Assembly: GCA_963654805.1 (NCBI GenBank)
Contig: CAVKBL010000009.1
Span: 868 to 64,867, forward strand
Origin: Lachnospiraceae bacterium
GTDB taxonomy: Bacteria; Bacteroidota; Bacteroidia; Bacteroidales; UBA932
Reading direction: 5' to 3'
DNA length: 64,000 nt
Both the position numbers and the translations under genes were made by a program. Positions 27,563-37,429 of this stretch are shown piece by piece. The notes beneath the pieces were generated by a model, which saw only the letters and a list, made by a program, of their open reading frames with translations, was not told where the DNA came from and did no database searches. Position 1 is the first letter of the stretch; each line of letters begins with the position of its first letter.

Positions 27563-28930
27563 ATGAGAACAATAACCAAACTCCTCTTAGGACTCTCCCT
27601 TTTTCTTACATTCGCTCCGTCGTGCAGAAAAACGGACGAGTACGCCTATTATAAAAAAGACGGCAAGATCATCTACCCTACTCCGCAGCGGCCGAAAGAT
27701 CAGCAATCGATGCTCGGATATGCAGCAGATCCGATAGAAACCATACGCGTGGGATTCATAGGTCTGGGGATGAGAGGACCTGGCGCGGTGGAGCGGTTTA
27801 CCTACCTGGAGCACACACGTATCGTGGCACTCTGCGATCTTCTGGAAGACAGAGCCACAAAGCAGCAAGCCTTTCTTAAAACCAAGGGAATAAATGACGT
27901 GGACACTTACTGGGGAGAAGACGCATGGAAAGAAGTCTGCGAAAGGGACGATATAGACCTTATCTATCTGGCCGTTCCTTGGCAATACCACACCTCTATG
28001 GCGGTCTATGCCATGGAGCACGGCAAACACGTGGCCGTGGAAGTTCCGGCGGCCACCAGCATAAAAGAGTGCTGGGACCTGGTCAACACATCCGAGCGCA
28101 CCCGGAAGCACTGCATTATGCTCGAGAACTGCATCTATGACGACTTCGAGCTTACCACGCTAAATATGGCGCAGCACGGCCTGTTTGGAGAAGTATATCA
28201 CGTGGAAGGCGCTTACATCCACAATCTCGATCCATATTGGGAGCTATACCAGGGAGACTGGCGGATGATATACAACCGCGAGCATCACGGAGACGTCTAC
28301 CCTACACACGGGATAGGACCCGTAGCCATGGTGCTTGGCATACATCGCGGTGACAGGATGACCACCCTCGTATCTATGGACACAGACTCTTTCCACGGAA
28401 AAGCTCTCGCACAAGCGAAATACAAAGACGACACCTATGCCAATGGCGACCACACCTCCACACTTATCCGCACCCGGAAAGGTCGTACGCTCGAAATTCA
28501 GCATAACACATATGCCGTGCGACCTTACAGCCGTATGTTCCAAGTTACAGGAACTGAAGGATTCGCGAATAAATATCCTTCAGAGGGCTTTTCAATAGAA
28601 AGCATCAACGGAGAAGAATTTGTGTCTTCCCAGGAAAAAGACGCTCTTATGAAAGAGTACCAGCATCCAATCACGAAAGAGATACTTGCCCTGGCAAAGA
28701 AAGTCGGAGGGCACGGCGGCATGGATTTCATCATGGACTACCGCCTGGTATACTGCCTGCATAACGGACTTCCTATGGATATGGACGTATATGATGCTGC
28801 GGAATGGAGCAGTCTGGTCGAACTCACCGAAGTATCCATTCTCAACGGAAGCGCACCGGTTCAGATGCCAGATTTCACCCGTGGCGAATGGAACAAACTG
28901 CAAAAGGTAGAATTCCACCTTTGCAATTAA
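27563..28930 (+). CDS. GH109 / Gfo-Idh-MocA NAD-dependent N-acetylhexosaminidase (lipoprotein signal)
   Basis: GFIGLGMRG, GKHVAVEVPAA, MLENCIY, YPTHGIGP, GGHGGMDF; start at MRTITK. Confidence 0.9.
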   Translation: MRTITKLLLGLSLFLTFAPSCRKTDEYAYYKKDGKIIYPTPQRPKDQQSMLGYAADPIETIRVGFIGLGMRGPGAVERFTYLEHTRIVALCDLLEDRATKQQAFLKTKGINDVDTYWGEDAWKEVCERDDIDLIYLAVPWQYHTSMAVYAMEHGKHVAVEVPAATSIKECWDLVNTSERTRKHCIMLENCIYDDFELTTLNMAQHGLFGEVYHVEGAYIHNLDPYWELYQGDWRMIYNREHHGDVYPTHGIGPVAMVLGIHRGDRMTTLVSMDTDSFHGKALAQAKYKDDTYANGDHTSTLIRTRKGRTLEIQHNTYAVRPYSRMFQVTGTEGFANKYPSEGFSIESINGEEFVSSQEKDALMKEYQHPITKEILALAKKVGGHGGMDFIMDYRLVYCLHNGLPMDMDVYDAAEWSSLVELTEVSILNGSAPVQMPDFTRGEWNKLQKVEFHLCN

Positions 28931-28937
28931 CACAAAA

Positions 28938-28965
28938 CTGCCTGCCAGAAATCTCTGACAGGCAG
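28938..28965. terminator. Hairpin between convergent genes (probable terminator)
   Basis: ctgcctgccaga...tctgacaggcag, with aaaa to its left (U-tract on the minus strand). Confidence 0.7.
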
Positions 28966-28986
28966 CAATCAAAACAATTCTGAAAC

Positions 28987-29634
28987 TTAAAATTTATAAG
29001 TAAAACCTATCTTGATCTGACCAACTGCACCAAGAGCATCTGTACTGTTTGCTCCGAATGCGAATGCGCCTGCATTGGTCTCGTGGTTCTTATCCTTGTC
29101 TGCAGTGTATGAACCCTCGTATCCTAAAGTAAGGAAGCTGAGTGATGTCTCCAGACTGAGATGATCGTTGATAGAATAAGTAAGAACCGGAAGTACGTGA
29201 ACACCCCATGCAAGTGTAGGGTCAGTGTCTGTCGTATTGTCACCGATTTCAGTTTTTCCTGTAGTTCTGCCTATAGTGGCATTGACTTCACTCCAGAGGC
29301 CGAATTTATTCCACTGCGCAAAGCAGTAACGTGCATAAGGTTCTACGGCCCAGGTAAATTCCTTCTTTACGGTGTCATTAATCAGACCAGGAGTAACGCC
29401 TTTGTCATAAGCAAGGCCAAGACGTGCACCGGCGAGGAAATTGTCTGAGAAATAATAGCCGACGTTAGGCGCGATGGTAAAGCCGAATTCTGACGGACTG
29501 TCTGTCTTGCTTCCGTCTGCTACGGTGTTGCCTCCATTGTAATTAAGTCCGGCTGCTCCGCCGACAAATACCTGCGCATTGGCGCTAAGTGCGATAGCTG
29601 CAAGAGCTACGATAGATGTAATGATCTTTTTCAT
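28987..29634 (-). CDS. Outer-membrane beta-barrel protein
   Basis: Signal peptide ending ANA-Q, alternating beta-strand pattern, C-terminal GFTYKF. Confidence 0.85.
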   Translation of the reverse strand: MKKIITSIVALAAIALSANAQVFVGGAAGLNYNGGNTVADGSKTDSPSEFGFTIAPNVGYYFSDNFLAGARLGLAYDKGVTPGLINDTVKKEFTWAVEPYARYCFAQWNKFGLWSEVNATIGRTTGKTEIGDNTTDTDPTLAWGVHVLPVLTYSINDHLSLETSLSFLTLGYEGSYTADKDKNHETNAGAFAFGANSTDALGAVGQIKIGFTYKF

Positions 29635-29670
29635 GATAATTTATTCTTAATAGTGTGTTTTAAAGTGTTT

Positions 29671-30789
29671 TTATTCTATGACAGTACGACCTTCCTTATG
29701 TTTGGCGACCTCGTCTATCACATATGCAAGCGTAGCATAGACAGCGAACTGGATCACCAGACCCATAACCTGAGGACGTATCATGGAGAGAGTACAAGCA
29801 GCGTTGTTGATATTGTTGAATCCCTGTATCATGAAGGTAGAAGGGAAGAGGTAAGAAACCGCCTTCCAGAATGGAGGGAAAGAACTTACAGGCCAAGCGC
29901 AACCGCTCAGGAAGAAACAGAGCGAAGACATAAAGAGAAGGACCACGAACACAGTCTCCCTATGACGTACAAAACGACTGAATGTAAAGCTGAACGCTAC
30001 ACAAGTAACGATAAAGAGCAATATCAGCACAAGTAACTGAACCATTTCTCCCCTTTGCGGCATTCCGAATATCATAGGAACCAGCATAAGACCGTAAATG
30101 GCGATTCCCACATATATCATGGCATAAGCTGCGGCTCTTCCCAGAAGAGATCCGCCGTTCACCACGTTGTTCTCACGAAGCGAACCGTTGACCACACTGA
30201 TTCCGTAGAACATTGTCTGCTGTACGACCAATATCAAAGCCGCAGACAGGAAGAAAATCAAGAACGACATGTTCGTATTGAACGGAATCTGCTCTTCAGA
30301 CGGGATAGCGTTGATAAGCTCCTTGATATTTTCTTCGCTCATACCCTTGGCTGCGTATCTGGACGCCTCGATCTGTCCCATCTCATCCAGCATCACGTGA
30401 TTGACGGCCATAGTCAAGTCCTTATAATAAAGGAAGCTGGACATATCGGCATAAGTGGAGATGGTAGCCTGTTCCAGATTTGCCAAGCGCTCCGAATAAT
30501 CTTTCGGGAAAAGGATGATACCGTGAACTTTGCGTGATTTCATCAATTCCTGCGCCTGCTCCATGGTGGCACAATTATAAGCCACCTCCGCTTCGCGCGT
30601 CGCATCAATCTTCTGAATGAAACGACGGCTTTCTGACGTGCCGCTCATGTCGACTATCGCCACCGGCATATCATCCACTGTACCTATGTGATATACAAGA
30701 CCATAGATAAGAGGATATATCAAACCTCCGAGAAGGAAGATGATAGCCACATACGAGTCGGCGAATATTCTTTTAATTTCCTTGATCAT
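29671..30789 (-). CDS. ABC-2 type permease
   Basis: PVAIVDMS..SESRRF, FFLSGCAWP. Confidence 0.88.
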   Translation of the reverse strand: MIKEIKRIFADSYVAIIFLLGGLIYPLIYGLVYHIGTVDDMPVAIVDMSGTSESRRFIQKIDATREAEVAYNCATMEQAQELMKSRKVHGIILFPKDYSERLANLEQATISTYADMSSFLYYKDLTMAVNHVMLDEMGQIEASRYAAKGMSEENIKELINAIPSEEQIPFNTNMSFLIFFLSAALILVVQQTMFYGISVVNGSLRENNVVNGGSLLGRAAAYAMIYVGIAIYGLMLVPMIFGMPQRGEMVQLLVLILLFIVTCVAFSFTFSRFVRHRETVFVVLLFMSSLCFFLSGCAWPVSSFPPFWKAVSYLFPSTFMIQGFNNINNAACTLSMIRPQVMGLVIQFAVYATLAYVIDEVAKHKEGRTVIE

Positions 30790-31943
30790 TTCGCAAAATT
30801 CTCATTAACCCAAGCTCCTTTCAATCTCCTGCATACGCAAAGAGGACCTACCAGGAAAACAAGCAAACAGATAATATAAGGGCACATGGCACCGAATCCG
30901 CCTCCGAAAATGGCCTCCTGCACATATGCCAGATAGTAAAACCTCAACGGGAACAGCACTGAGACGCCCTGCAAAGCCCTTGGCATAGCCTCTACCGGGA
31001 AAGTGAATCCGGAGAAAGAGAATGCCAATATGGTAAAGAGTGCCGCTATACTCAGCGCATAGCGCAGCGTAGGAAGCAGTCCTATCAAAGTCACGGCGAC
31101 AGCTTCATTGGCCAGAATGAACACTACCATCAGCAGCATCATATTCCCTATGCATCCGGCAAGAGGATAGCCGCATAGAGTGAAGAGAATCACATCCAGG
31201 CCAAGCCCCAAAAGCAGATAGAGAAGCGTGTATGGAAGTAACTTCCCCAAAAGAGCGGATGCCATGGAACCTCCGGCAGTCTCCATCAGTTCTTTCGAAG
31301 TACCATAACGGAGTTCTGAGCCTAAAGCGTAGATCAGCACGAAGATAATACTGAGAGCCAGCAATCCGGGAAGGATTATGTTATTGAGATAGACGCCGTA
31401 ATTCGTAGCGGCATTGCCTATCTTATGCTCGTCTATCACTATAGGCTGAATCAGTCCCATTATGGCACCGTCGCCATAGCCTTTGGCACGAAGGACTTCT
31501 CTCTGAACAGCACCGCCCGTGAGCGTCACCATGGTAAGTATGTCCTTGTAGCTGAGCGCACCGCCGATAAGGTAAAGCGAATTCACATAGTAAGTGAAAA
31601 CCGGACGGCGGGAAGCGTTGACATCCTCGTTCATGCCTTCAGGAATCACACACAGCGAGGTGATTTCACCCGTCTGCATAGCGTTGCGGGCTGTCGTGAA
31701 GTCTTCGTATTTCACGACCCTGCCAAGCTGCGTGGCGTCCAGTTGGGCACAGAAATTACGTGAAAGAGACGAATTGTCCAGATCCAGAACTCCTATCGGA
31801 AGGTTCTCCGGGAGGCCTGCCTTGAGAAATGTCAAGTAGAACAGGCAGCTGCAGAGCATTACTCCCACAGAACCGAGAAGGTAGACGGGCTCGTGAAGGA
31901 TTCTTCCTATCTCTCGACGCGCGACGTTTAAAATTCTGCTCAT
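30786..31943 (-). CDS. ABC-2 type permease
   Basis: LPIGVLDLDNSSLSR, GKLLPY, FSGFTFPVEAMP. Confidence 0.88.
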   Translation of the reverse strand: MSRILNVARREIGRILHEPVYLLGSVGVMLCSCLFYLTFLKAGLPENLPIGVLDLDNSSLSRNFCAQLDATQLGRVVKYEDFTTARNAMQTGEITSLCVIPEGMNEDVNASRRPVFTYYVNSLYLIGGALSYKDILTMVTLTGGAVQREVLRAKGYGDGAIMGLIQPIVIDEHKIGNAATNYGVYLNNIILPGLLALSIIFVLIYALGSELRYGTSKELMETAGGSMASALLGKLLPYTLLYLLLGLGLDVILFTLCGYPLAGCIGNMMLLMVVFILANEAVAVTLIGLLPTLRYALSIAALFTILAFSFSGFTFPVEAMPRALQGVSVLFPLRFYYLAYVQEAIFGGGFGAMCPYIICLLVFLVGPLCVCRRLKGAWVNENFAK

Positions 31944-32929
31944 TTTACAACTATAGCTGTCATGCCCGGGCGAAGTCCGTCAACCTGAGCTGCAGGAACC
32001 GCCCTTACTTCAAATGTCTTGGCATCGTATCCGCCAGTCTCGCTGGTAGCTCTCCACGTAGCGTATGACTCACGCACTGCGATATAATTGACTGTAGCTT
32101 CCACACGTTTGTTGTTAAGAGCAGGAATCTCAAGAGTGAGATGTGTTCCGTTCTTGATGCTGTTCATCTTATCCTCGCGGATATTGAAAGTGAACCACAT
32201 ATCGCTGAGATCAGTAATGGTATAGATAGGTGAACCTGTTCCCACGAGCTCTCCTTCGTGAGGATAACGTGCAGAGATAATTCCGTCCACAGGAGCGGTA
32301 AGCTTAAGTTCAGAGAGATAAGACTCAACCTCCATTACTGCTCCGTTAGCTCTGTTTACCAGTGCGATGGCAGCTTCCTTGTCTTCTTCACGTGCGCCCT
32401 TCACAGCCATGTCATATTGAGACTTGGCGGCCAGGACTGTAGCGCTGGCAGCATTGTACTGTGCAGTAGCCTCATCGAACTTCTGATCGCTTATCACATT
32501 CTGCTCGTGAAGACGTGTGGCGCGGTCGAGTGTCTTTTTGGCGATATCCTCTCCGACAAGAGCCTTCTGCCAAAGTTCATAAGCACCGGCTATTTCTTCC
32601 TTACGTGCACCCGCATTGGCTTTGTTGCGCTGAGCGGCAGCGGCATCATAAGCGGCGCGCGCCTGTGCCAATTTAGCTCTTACCTCAGGAGAATCGATAT
32701 CTACAAGCACATCTCCCTTGTGGACCATATCGCCCTGCTTGGCGTAAAATGTCTCTATTCTTCCCGGTACTTTTCCTGACACGCGATAGTCTGTAGCTTC
32801 AGCCTGTCCCTGGATCACTTCCGGTGCAGGTTTTGTGAATATGATTCCGAGTACAGCCACAGCTGCGATAAGTGCAACCAATACGATTATTCCGATTAGA
32901 AGGTTGCCGTTTTTCTGATTCTTTTCCAT
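31940..32929 (-). CDS. HlyD-family membrane fusion protein
   Basis: VSGKVPGRI, GDMVHKGD, LTAPVDG, LRPGM. Confidence 0.9.
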   Translation of the reverse strand: MEKNQKNGNLLIGIIVLVALIAAVAVLGIIFTKPAPEVIQGQAEATDYRVSGKVPGRIETFYAKQGDMVHKGDVLVDIDSPEVRAKLAQARAAYDAAAAQRNKANAGARKEEIAGAYELWQKALVGEDIAKKTLDRATRLHEQNVISDQKFDEATAQYNAASATVLAAKSQYDMAVKGAREEDKEAAIALVNRANGAVMEVESYLSELKLTAPVDGIISARYPHEGELVGTGSPIYTITDLSDMWFTFNIREDKMNSIKNGTHLTLEIPALNNKRVEATVNYIAVRESYATWRATSETGGYDAKTFEVRAVPAAQVDGLRPGMTAIVVK

Positions 32930-32959
32930 ATTATGTTTTTCTTTTTTATTATCAATTAA

Positions 32960-34447
32960 TTATAATCTTCCTTCCGCTTTGGCGAGGTTAACGCTGCACA
33001 TCTGCAGTTCCACACCGGCCTCTATCACTTGAGAATTGGCCTGAAGCCAAGCCGTCTGTGCCTGAAGGACCACATTTGAAGCTATCATTCCTTCATTCCA
33101 CCCGGCAGTAGCTACCCTGAGGTTCTCTTCCGCATTGGAAAGATTGCTTTCAGCGGTAGTGAGTTTTTCAAGAGCCTCCGTTTCCTGCTGGCGAAGCTGA
33201 GCGACCTGAAGAGATATCATCTGCTTGGCATCATCAAGCTTTATCTGATACATCTGCGCTTCCGCTTTGGCCTTACGCGTCTTGTTGATGTATTCTCCAC
33301 CGTGACAGATAGGAACTGACACTACCACACCTGCAGTCACGAAATCTCCGAACTTCTTCTGGTATCCGTTGAACACGCTCGGATTAGATACTATATAATT
33401 AGCGGTCAAAGCTACTGTAGGAAGCATATCCGCACGGGCGATATCCACCTTTCTCGCATAAATGTCCTGCGCGAGAGTAAGGCTCTTTATCTCCGGACGG
33501 GCATCGTAAATCTCCTCGTCTGAAAGAGCGACAGTCAGCTCCGGCTGCGGAATCCTGTCAAGAGTCTCGTCGGCAAGAGTAATCTCACTGTCAAGAGGCA
33601 GTCCGCATTCCTTGCAGAGAAGCATCTTGGCAAGGGCCAATCCGTTAGTGGCCTTGGTAAGAAGCATATCAGCTTCATTGGCCTTCACCTTGATGGTGAG
33701 AGCATCGGAAGGAGTCGCGAACCCTTCTGCGATAAGGGCATCGGTATCCTTTTCCATCTGATGCAGAAGATCGGCATACCCCTGAGCCAAGCGCTGTTTG
33801 CCGGCAATGGATACTATCTGCCAATAAGCCTGTTCTATATCCACTATTACCTGAGAATGCTGTTGGTCGTACTGAGCCTGTGCCAATTGGTTCGCATCTG
33901 AAGCCATCTTATTGGCAGCCAATATCTTTCCCCCCATATAAACTGGCTGCTGTACAGAGACAACCCCTATCGTGCTATGACTTATGTCTATATTGAAAGC
34001 ATCGCTGACCTGAGAGCCGATGGCATTGATAGGAGTAGCGATATCCGCAGCCTTGAGATAACCGACAAGTTTCTGCAAAGCCGGGTCGGAAGCCACCTTC
34101 GCGAAAATCGTAGGGTCAGAAAGGATAGCCGTCAACTGATTGGTCAGCTCGCCCTGAAGAGCGGTTCCCGCATTGGAAAGCTGAGCGGACTGTTCGTCAC
34201 TGATAAGCTGCAGATTCTTGTTCGTATACATATAAGTGCCCGTGGCCGTCACCTTAGGAAAATAATTGGCTGCCGCGATCTTCATATCATACTTTGACAT
34301 CTGCACTTGCTGCTCAGCTGTCTTCAGAGCATTGCTGTTGTCTATGGCGAGCTGCTTGCACTCGTCAAGTGTCAATACCTGCTGAGCATATCCCCGAGAA
34401 GGAAGCACAGCGAGCATGGCAATTAGGATAACGATGTTTTTTTTCAT
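32960..34447 (-). CDS. TolC-family outer membrane efflux protein
   Basis: Signal peptide, LTLDECKQLAIDN, QPVYMGGKI; start at MKKNIV. Confidence 0.88.
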   Translation of the reverse strand: MKKNIVILIAMLAVLPSRGYAQQVLTLDECKQLAIDNSNALKTAEQQVQMSKYDMKIAAANYFPKVTATGTYMYTNKNLQLISDEQSAQLSNAGTALQGELTNQLTAILSDPTIFAKVASDPALQKLVGYLKAADIATPINAIGSQVSDAFNIDISHSTIGVVSVQQPVYMGGKILAANKMASDANQLAQAQYDQQHSQVIVDIEQAYWQIVSIAGKQRLAQGYADLLHQMEKDTDALIAEGFATPSDALTIKVKANEADMLLTKATNGLALAKMLLCKECGLPLDSEITLADETLDRIPQPELTVALSDEEIYDARPEIKSLTLAQDIYARKVDIARADMLPTVALTANYIVSNPSVFNGYQKKFGDFVTAGVVVSVPICHGGEYINKTRKAKAEAQMYQIKLDDAKQMISLQVAQLRQQETEALEKLTTAESNLSNAEENLRVATAGWNEGMIASNVVLQAQTAWLQANSQVIEAGVELQMCSVNLAKAEGRL

Positions 34448-34615
34448 ATAACTATTTTTTGATTTTTCAACGTACGGCCCTTCACTATCCAAATACTTTA
34501 CCAAAAGAGGCGAAAGTTGCATAACAAAAAGGGTAATTTATATTACATTTAGGATAAAAAAGCGACATTTTAATATTTTATGCGTAAATTTGAACAATTT
34601 TAAAAACCGTTTGAG

Positions 34616-35527
34616 ATGCAGAATTATAAAGAAGTAGACATACGGGAACTGCGCAGACACTTCCCCGCCGCCATGACATGTGACGATTTGTCAGACGACC
34701 TGTTCATAACTGAACTTCAATACAATACGGAGATGAGTGTAATACGTTATCCCTGCAGATTCAACGGATACATGGCCTTTTTCTGCCTTCAGGGACATTT
34801 TGACGTCGAGATGAACCTGAGGACTTTTCAAGTCAAGGAAGGTTCCCTTTTCATATACACCCCTGGCAACATCGTAAGAGTGTCCAGTGTATCAAAAAAA
34901 GAAATCCAGAATGTCAAGTTCGTGGCTATCGCGGTGTCCAACAATCTTATGCTTCAAACGCATTTCGATTTCAACAAACTCTACGACGAAAGCCTCCGTC
35001 TGCTTGAAAACCCATGTGTGATAATAAACGGACAGGAAAGGGAAATATGTAAAAAATATGTGGATCTCATCAAGGAAATTTCTTCCGCTCGAGTGCCCAA
35101 CACGAAAGAGGCCATAGCCTCACTGATTTCATCCACCTTTTATATGATGGGCGCGCTGTGGGCTGACAGACTGTCAGTTGCACGTAAACAAAACGAGAAC
35201 CGCTCGGTTCGTTCCAAAGCGGTTCTCGAAGATTTTCTCGCCCTTGTCAGGGACAATCATAACAAAGAGCGCAACCTGTCCTTCTATGCGGAAAAGCTTT
35301 ACCTGACTCCGAAGTACCTGTCAAAACTGGTAAAAACCGTCAGCGGCAAATCAGCACACGAATGGATAGACTCCTTTGTGATATCAGAAGCGATGAACAT
35401 GCTCAAATATTCTGACATGAGCATCAAATCCATAGTATGGGAGTTGAATTTCCCGAATCAGACTACATTCTACAGATTTTTCAAGGCCAATACCGGGATG
35501 ACCCCGTCGGAATACCGCAAGAGTTAA
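34616..35527 (+). CDS. AraC-family transcriptional regulator
   Basis: FYAEKLYLTPKYLS, LNFPNQTTFYRFFK..TGMTPSEYR; promoter TAAATTTG at 34585-34592. Confidence 0.93.
   Translation: MQNYKEVDIRELRRHFPAAMTCDDLSDDLFITELQYNTEMSVIRYPCRFNGYMAFFCLQGHFDVEMNLRTFQVKEGSLFIYTPGNIVRVSSVSKKEIQNVKFVAIAVSNNLMLQTHFDFNKLYDESLRLLENPCVIINGQEREICKKYVDLIKEISSARVPNTKEAIASLISSTFYMMGALWADRLSVARKQNENRSVRSKAVLEDFLALVRDNHNKERNLSFYAEKLYLTPKYLSKLVKTVSGKSAHEWIDSFVISEAMNMLKYSDMSIKSIVWELNFPNQTTFYRFFKANTGMTPSEYRKS
35174..35236. repeat. 63-bp hairpin-containing direct repeat, copy 1 (inside the araC-family CDS)
   Basis: 60/63 identical to 52433-52495; stem cgagaaccgct...agcggttctcg. Confidence 0.9.
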
Positions 35528-36033
35528 TCGCTTTCGTTTGACTTTTCTTCAGTGAAAGGCCCGCTATAATTCAATTTCAACGGAGTTCCATCCTTAAACA
35601 CCACATCCAGAGCCACAGAAAAATCTACTTCAGATTTGCGGTGAACCAGAACAGATCCACTCTGCGGGGCTATTGTCTCCGGGTAAAGCCATTTTGGGCT
35701 CTCGTAGCGGAGCACATAGTCATAATTTTTGAAATAATCATCAACATCCAAAGTCACATTATCGTGATCTCGCAGCACGGCAAGCATCAAGACAGTGGTC
35801 TTTTCGTCTTGAGGGCGAAGGGGCGAAAACATCAGAATATAATATGACTCATCGGCCAGATAATATGTGGAGTAGATGTCGTAGGTCCTGTCCTTGAAAA
35901 AGTACTCTCCCAATTTTTCCACCTCAGGACCATCAGGGCTGTCAGGTGTATGATTTTCAACAGTTTTCTTAGTGCAAGAAAGCATCGCGAGCACCGATAC
36001 GGACAAAAGAAAACACACAATATTCTTTTTCAT
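35524..36033 (-). CDS. Hypothetical lipoprotein
   Basis: Lipobox MLSC; last gene of a tightly packed operon. Confidence 0.75.
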   Translation of the reverse strand: MKKNIVCFLLSVSVLAMLSCTKKTVENHTPDSPDGPEVEKLGEYFFKDRTYDIYSTYYLADESYYILMFSPLRPQDEKTTVLMLAVLRDHDNVTLDVDDYFKNYDYVLRYESPKWLYPETIAPQSGSVLVHRKSEVDFSVALDVVFKDGTPLKLNYSGPFTEEKSNESD

Positions 36034-36041
36034 CTTCCCTC

Positions 36042-37418
36042 TTATTTAAGTACGGTCACCTTCCCCATCCACTCGAATGAGATATCGGCATTGTTCCAGA
36101 ATTTGACATAGTAGACATCATCACCCATATCCTTAAGCATGGCCGTCCCTATGGCTCCGGACGCATAATCCCAAGTGTGCCCGTCATAAGAGACAGACAT
36201 GGATTTATTAGCGGAAAAACCCGCATAATATTCATTCTGGGCATCGCCTATCCATCGGAGGGGATATGAACTCAACTCCACGGGCGAACTCTCCCGCATA
36301 GCCTCGATATCCTGTACACCCTCAGCATGGCATATCCATACGTCTACCTCGCCGCTGCTCTGTTTTGAAAGCCTGTCCACGATGACGGAACCGATAGAGA
36401 AAGTCTCACCGGCGTAAGTGACGGAATTGTCATAAACAATATCCGGCTTATCTTCGACGCTCTTGCAGCAGCCTGTGTAATTGGCAGCGAAATGTTCACC
36501 TTCCACCGTCAGATCCGCTATGACATCATAACTGTTCTCCCCTTCCGCGCGGCTTACAGAGATATAGCCCTCCGCCTTGTCAGCATTATCTTTTGTTATC
36601 TTGATGACCAAGGGATTATTGATATCTTTCTCCCTGTTCATATACACCACGACGAAATCCTCATCGTAAGTCTTTATATCCTGCAGAGATTCAGGCAGTT
36701 TATTTTCAGGCACATAAATACAGAGATACGACACCACGTCATTAATGTCATTATATCCCACATGACCGACTTCGAACCAGTCTATGGCACTTGGCGTTAG
36801 CCAGATACCCAACATCCCATCCTGCGTGTCGTCATAAAAGGCTGCATTGACAGGTTTCTTGGCATCATAACCCATAATATAGTTCCCGGCCACATCCGGA
36901 AGTTTAAGAGAGCACGCCAGACTGTCATATACGGCAAGCTCGCGACCATCCTCACACTCCACTTTGTAATCCACTACCAGATAACCTTTTTCTTCATTCA
37001 GCACCACGCGGCAATGCCCGGAAGACACACCTTCATTATCCCCCGGCGCGGCATACAGATCATAATCCCGTACAGAAGAATCATAGCTGGCCACTGCGAA
37101 TGTCGATTTCTCCTGCAGGATATCGAACTCATGGCCAAGCAACACCGGAATCAATGCCACCGTGCAGTATGAATGCTCACTCAAATCGTCAATGGAAGAT
37201 ATTTCCTCCGAAGACATATATACACAAAGTCTGTTTGAGCGGAATTCGTACAAGGTTGAAGATATCTCCTTCTCAAATCCGTTTTTTATTATGGTATTCT
37301 CCTTTTTATCCGTATCAGGCGCGACATCAGGATTATCGTGTTTCTCAGTGCAGCCGCCCATCAGCAGCAGATATGCCAATCCCGTCGCAATCAGAATAGT
37401 TTTACTCGCGCAATTCAT
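36042..37418 (-). CDS. Hypothetical acidic lipoprotein
   Basis: Lipobox MGGC; tandem beta-rich domains. Confidence 0.75.
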   Translation of the reverse strand: MNCASKTILIATGLAYLLLMGGCTEKHDNPDVAPDTDKKENTIIKNGFEKEISSTLYEFRSNRLCVYMSSEEISSIDDLSEHSYCTVALIPVLLGHEFDILQEKSTFAVASYDSSVRDYDLYAAPGDNEGVSSGHCRVVLNEEKGYLVVDYKVECEDGRELAVYDSLACSLKLPDVAGNYIMGYDAKKPVNAAFYDDTQDGMLGIWLTPSAIDWFEVGHVGYNDINDVVSYLCIYVPENKLPESLQDIKTYDEDFVVVYMNREKDINNPLVIKITKDNADKAEGYISVSRAEGENSYDVIADLTVEGEHFAANYTGCCKSVEDKPDIVYDNSVTYAGETFSIGSVIVDRLSKQSSGEVDVWICHAEGVQDIEAMRESSPVELSSYPLRWIGDAQNEYYAGFSANKSMSVSYDGHTWDYASGAIGTAMLKDMGDDVYYVKFWNNADISFEWMGKVTVLK

Positions 37419-37429
37419 ATGTTTTTCTT

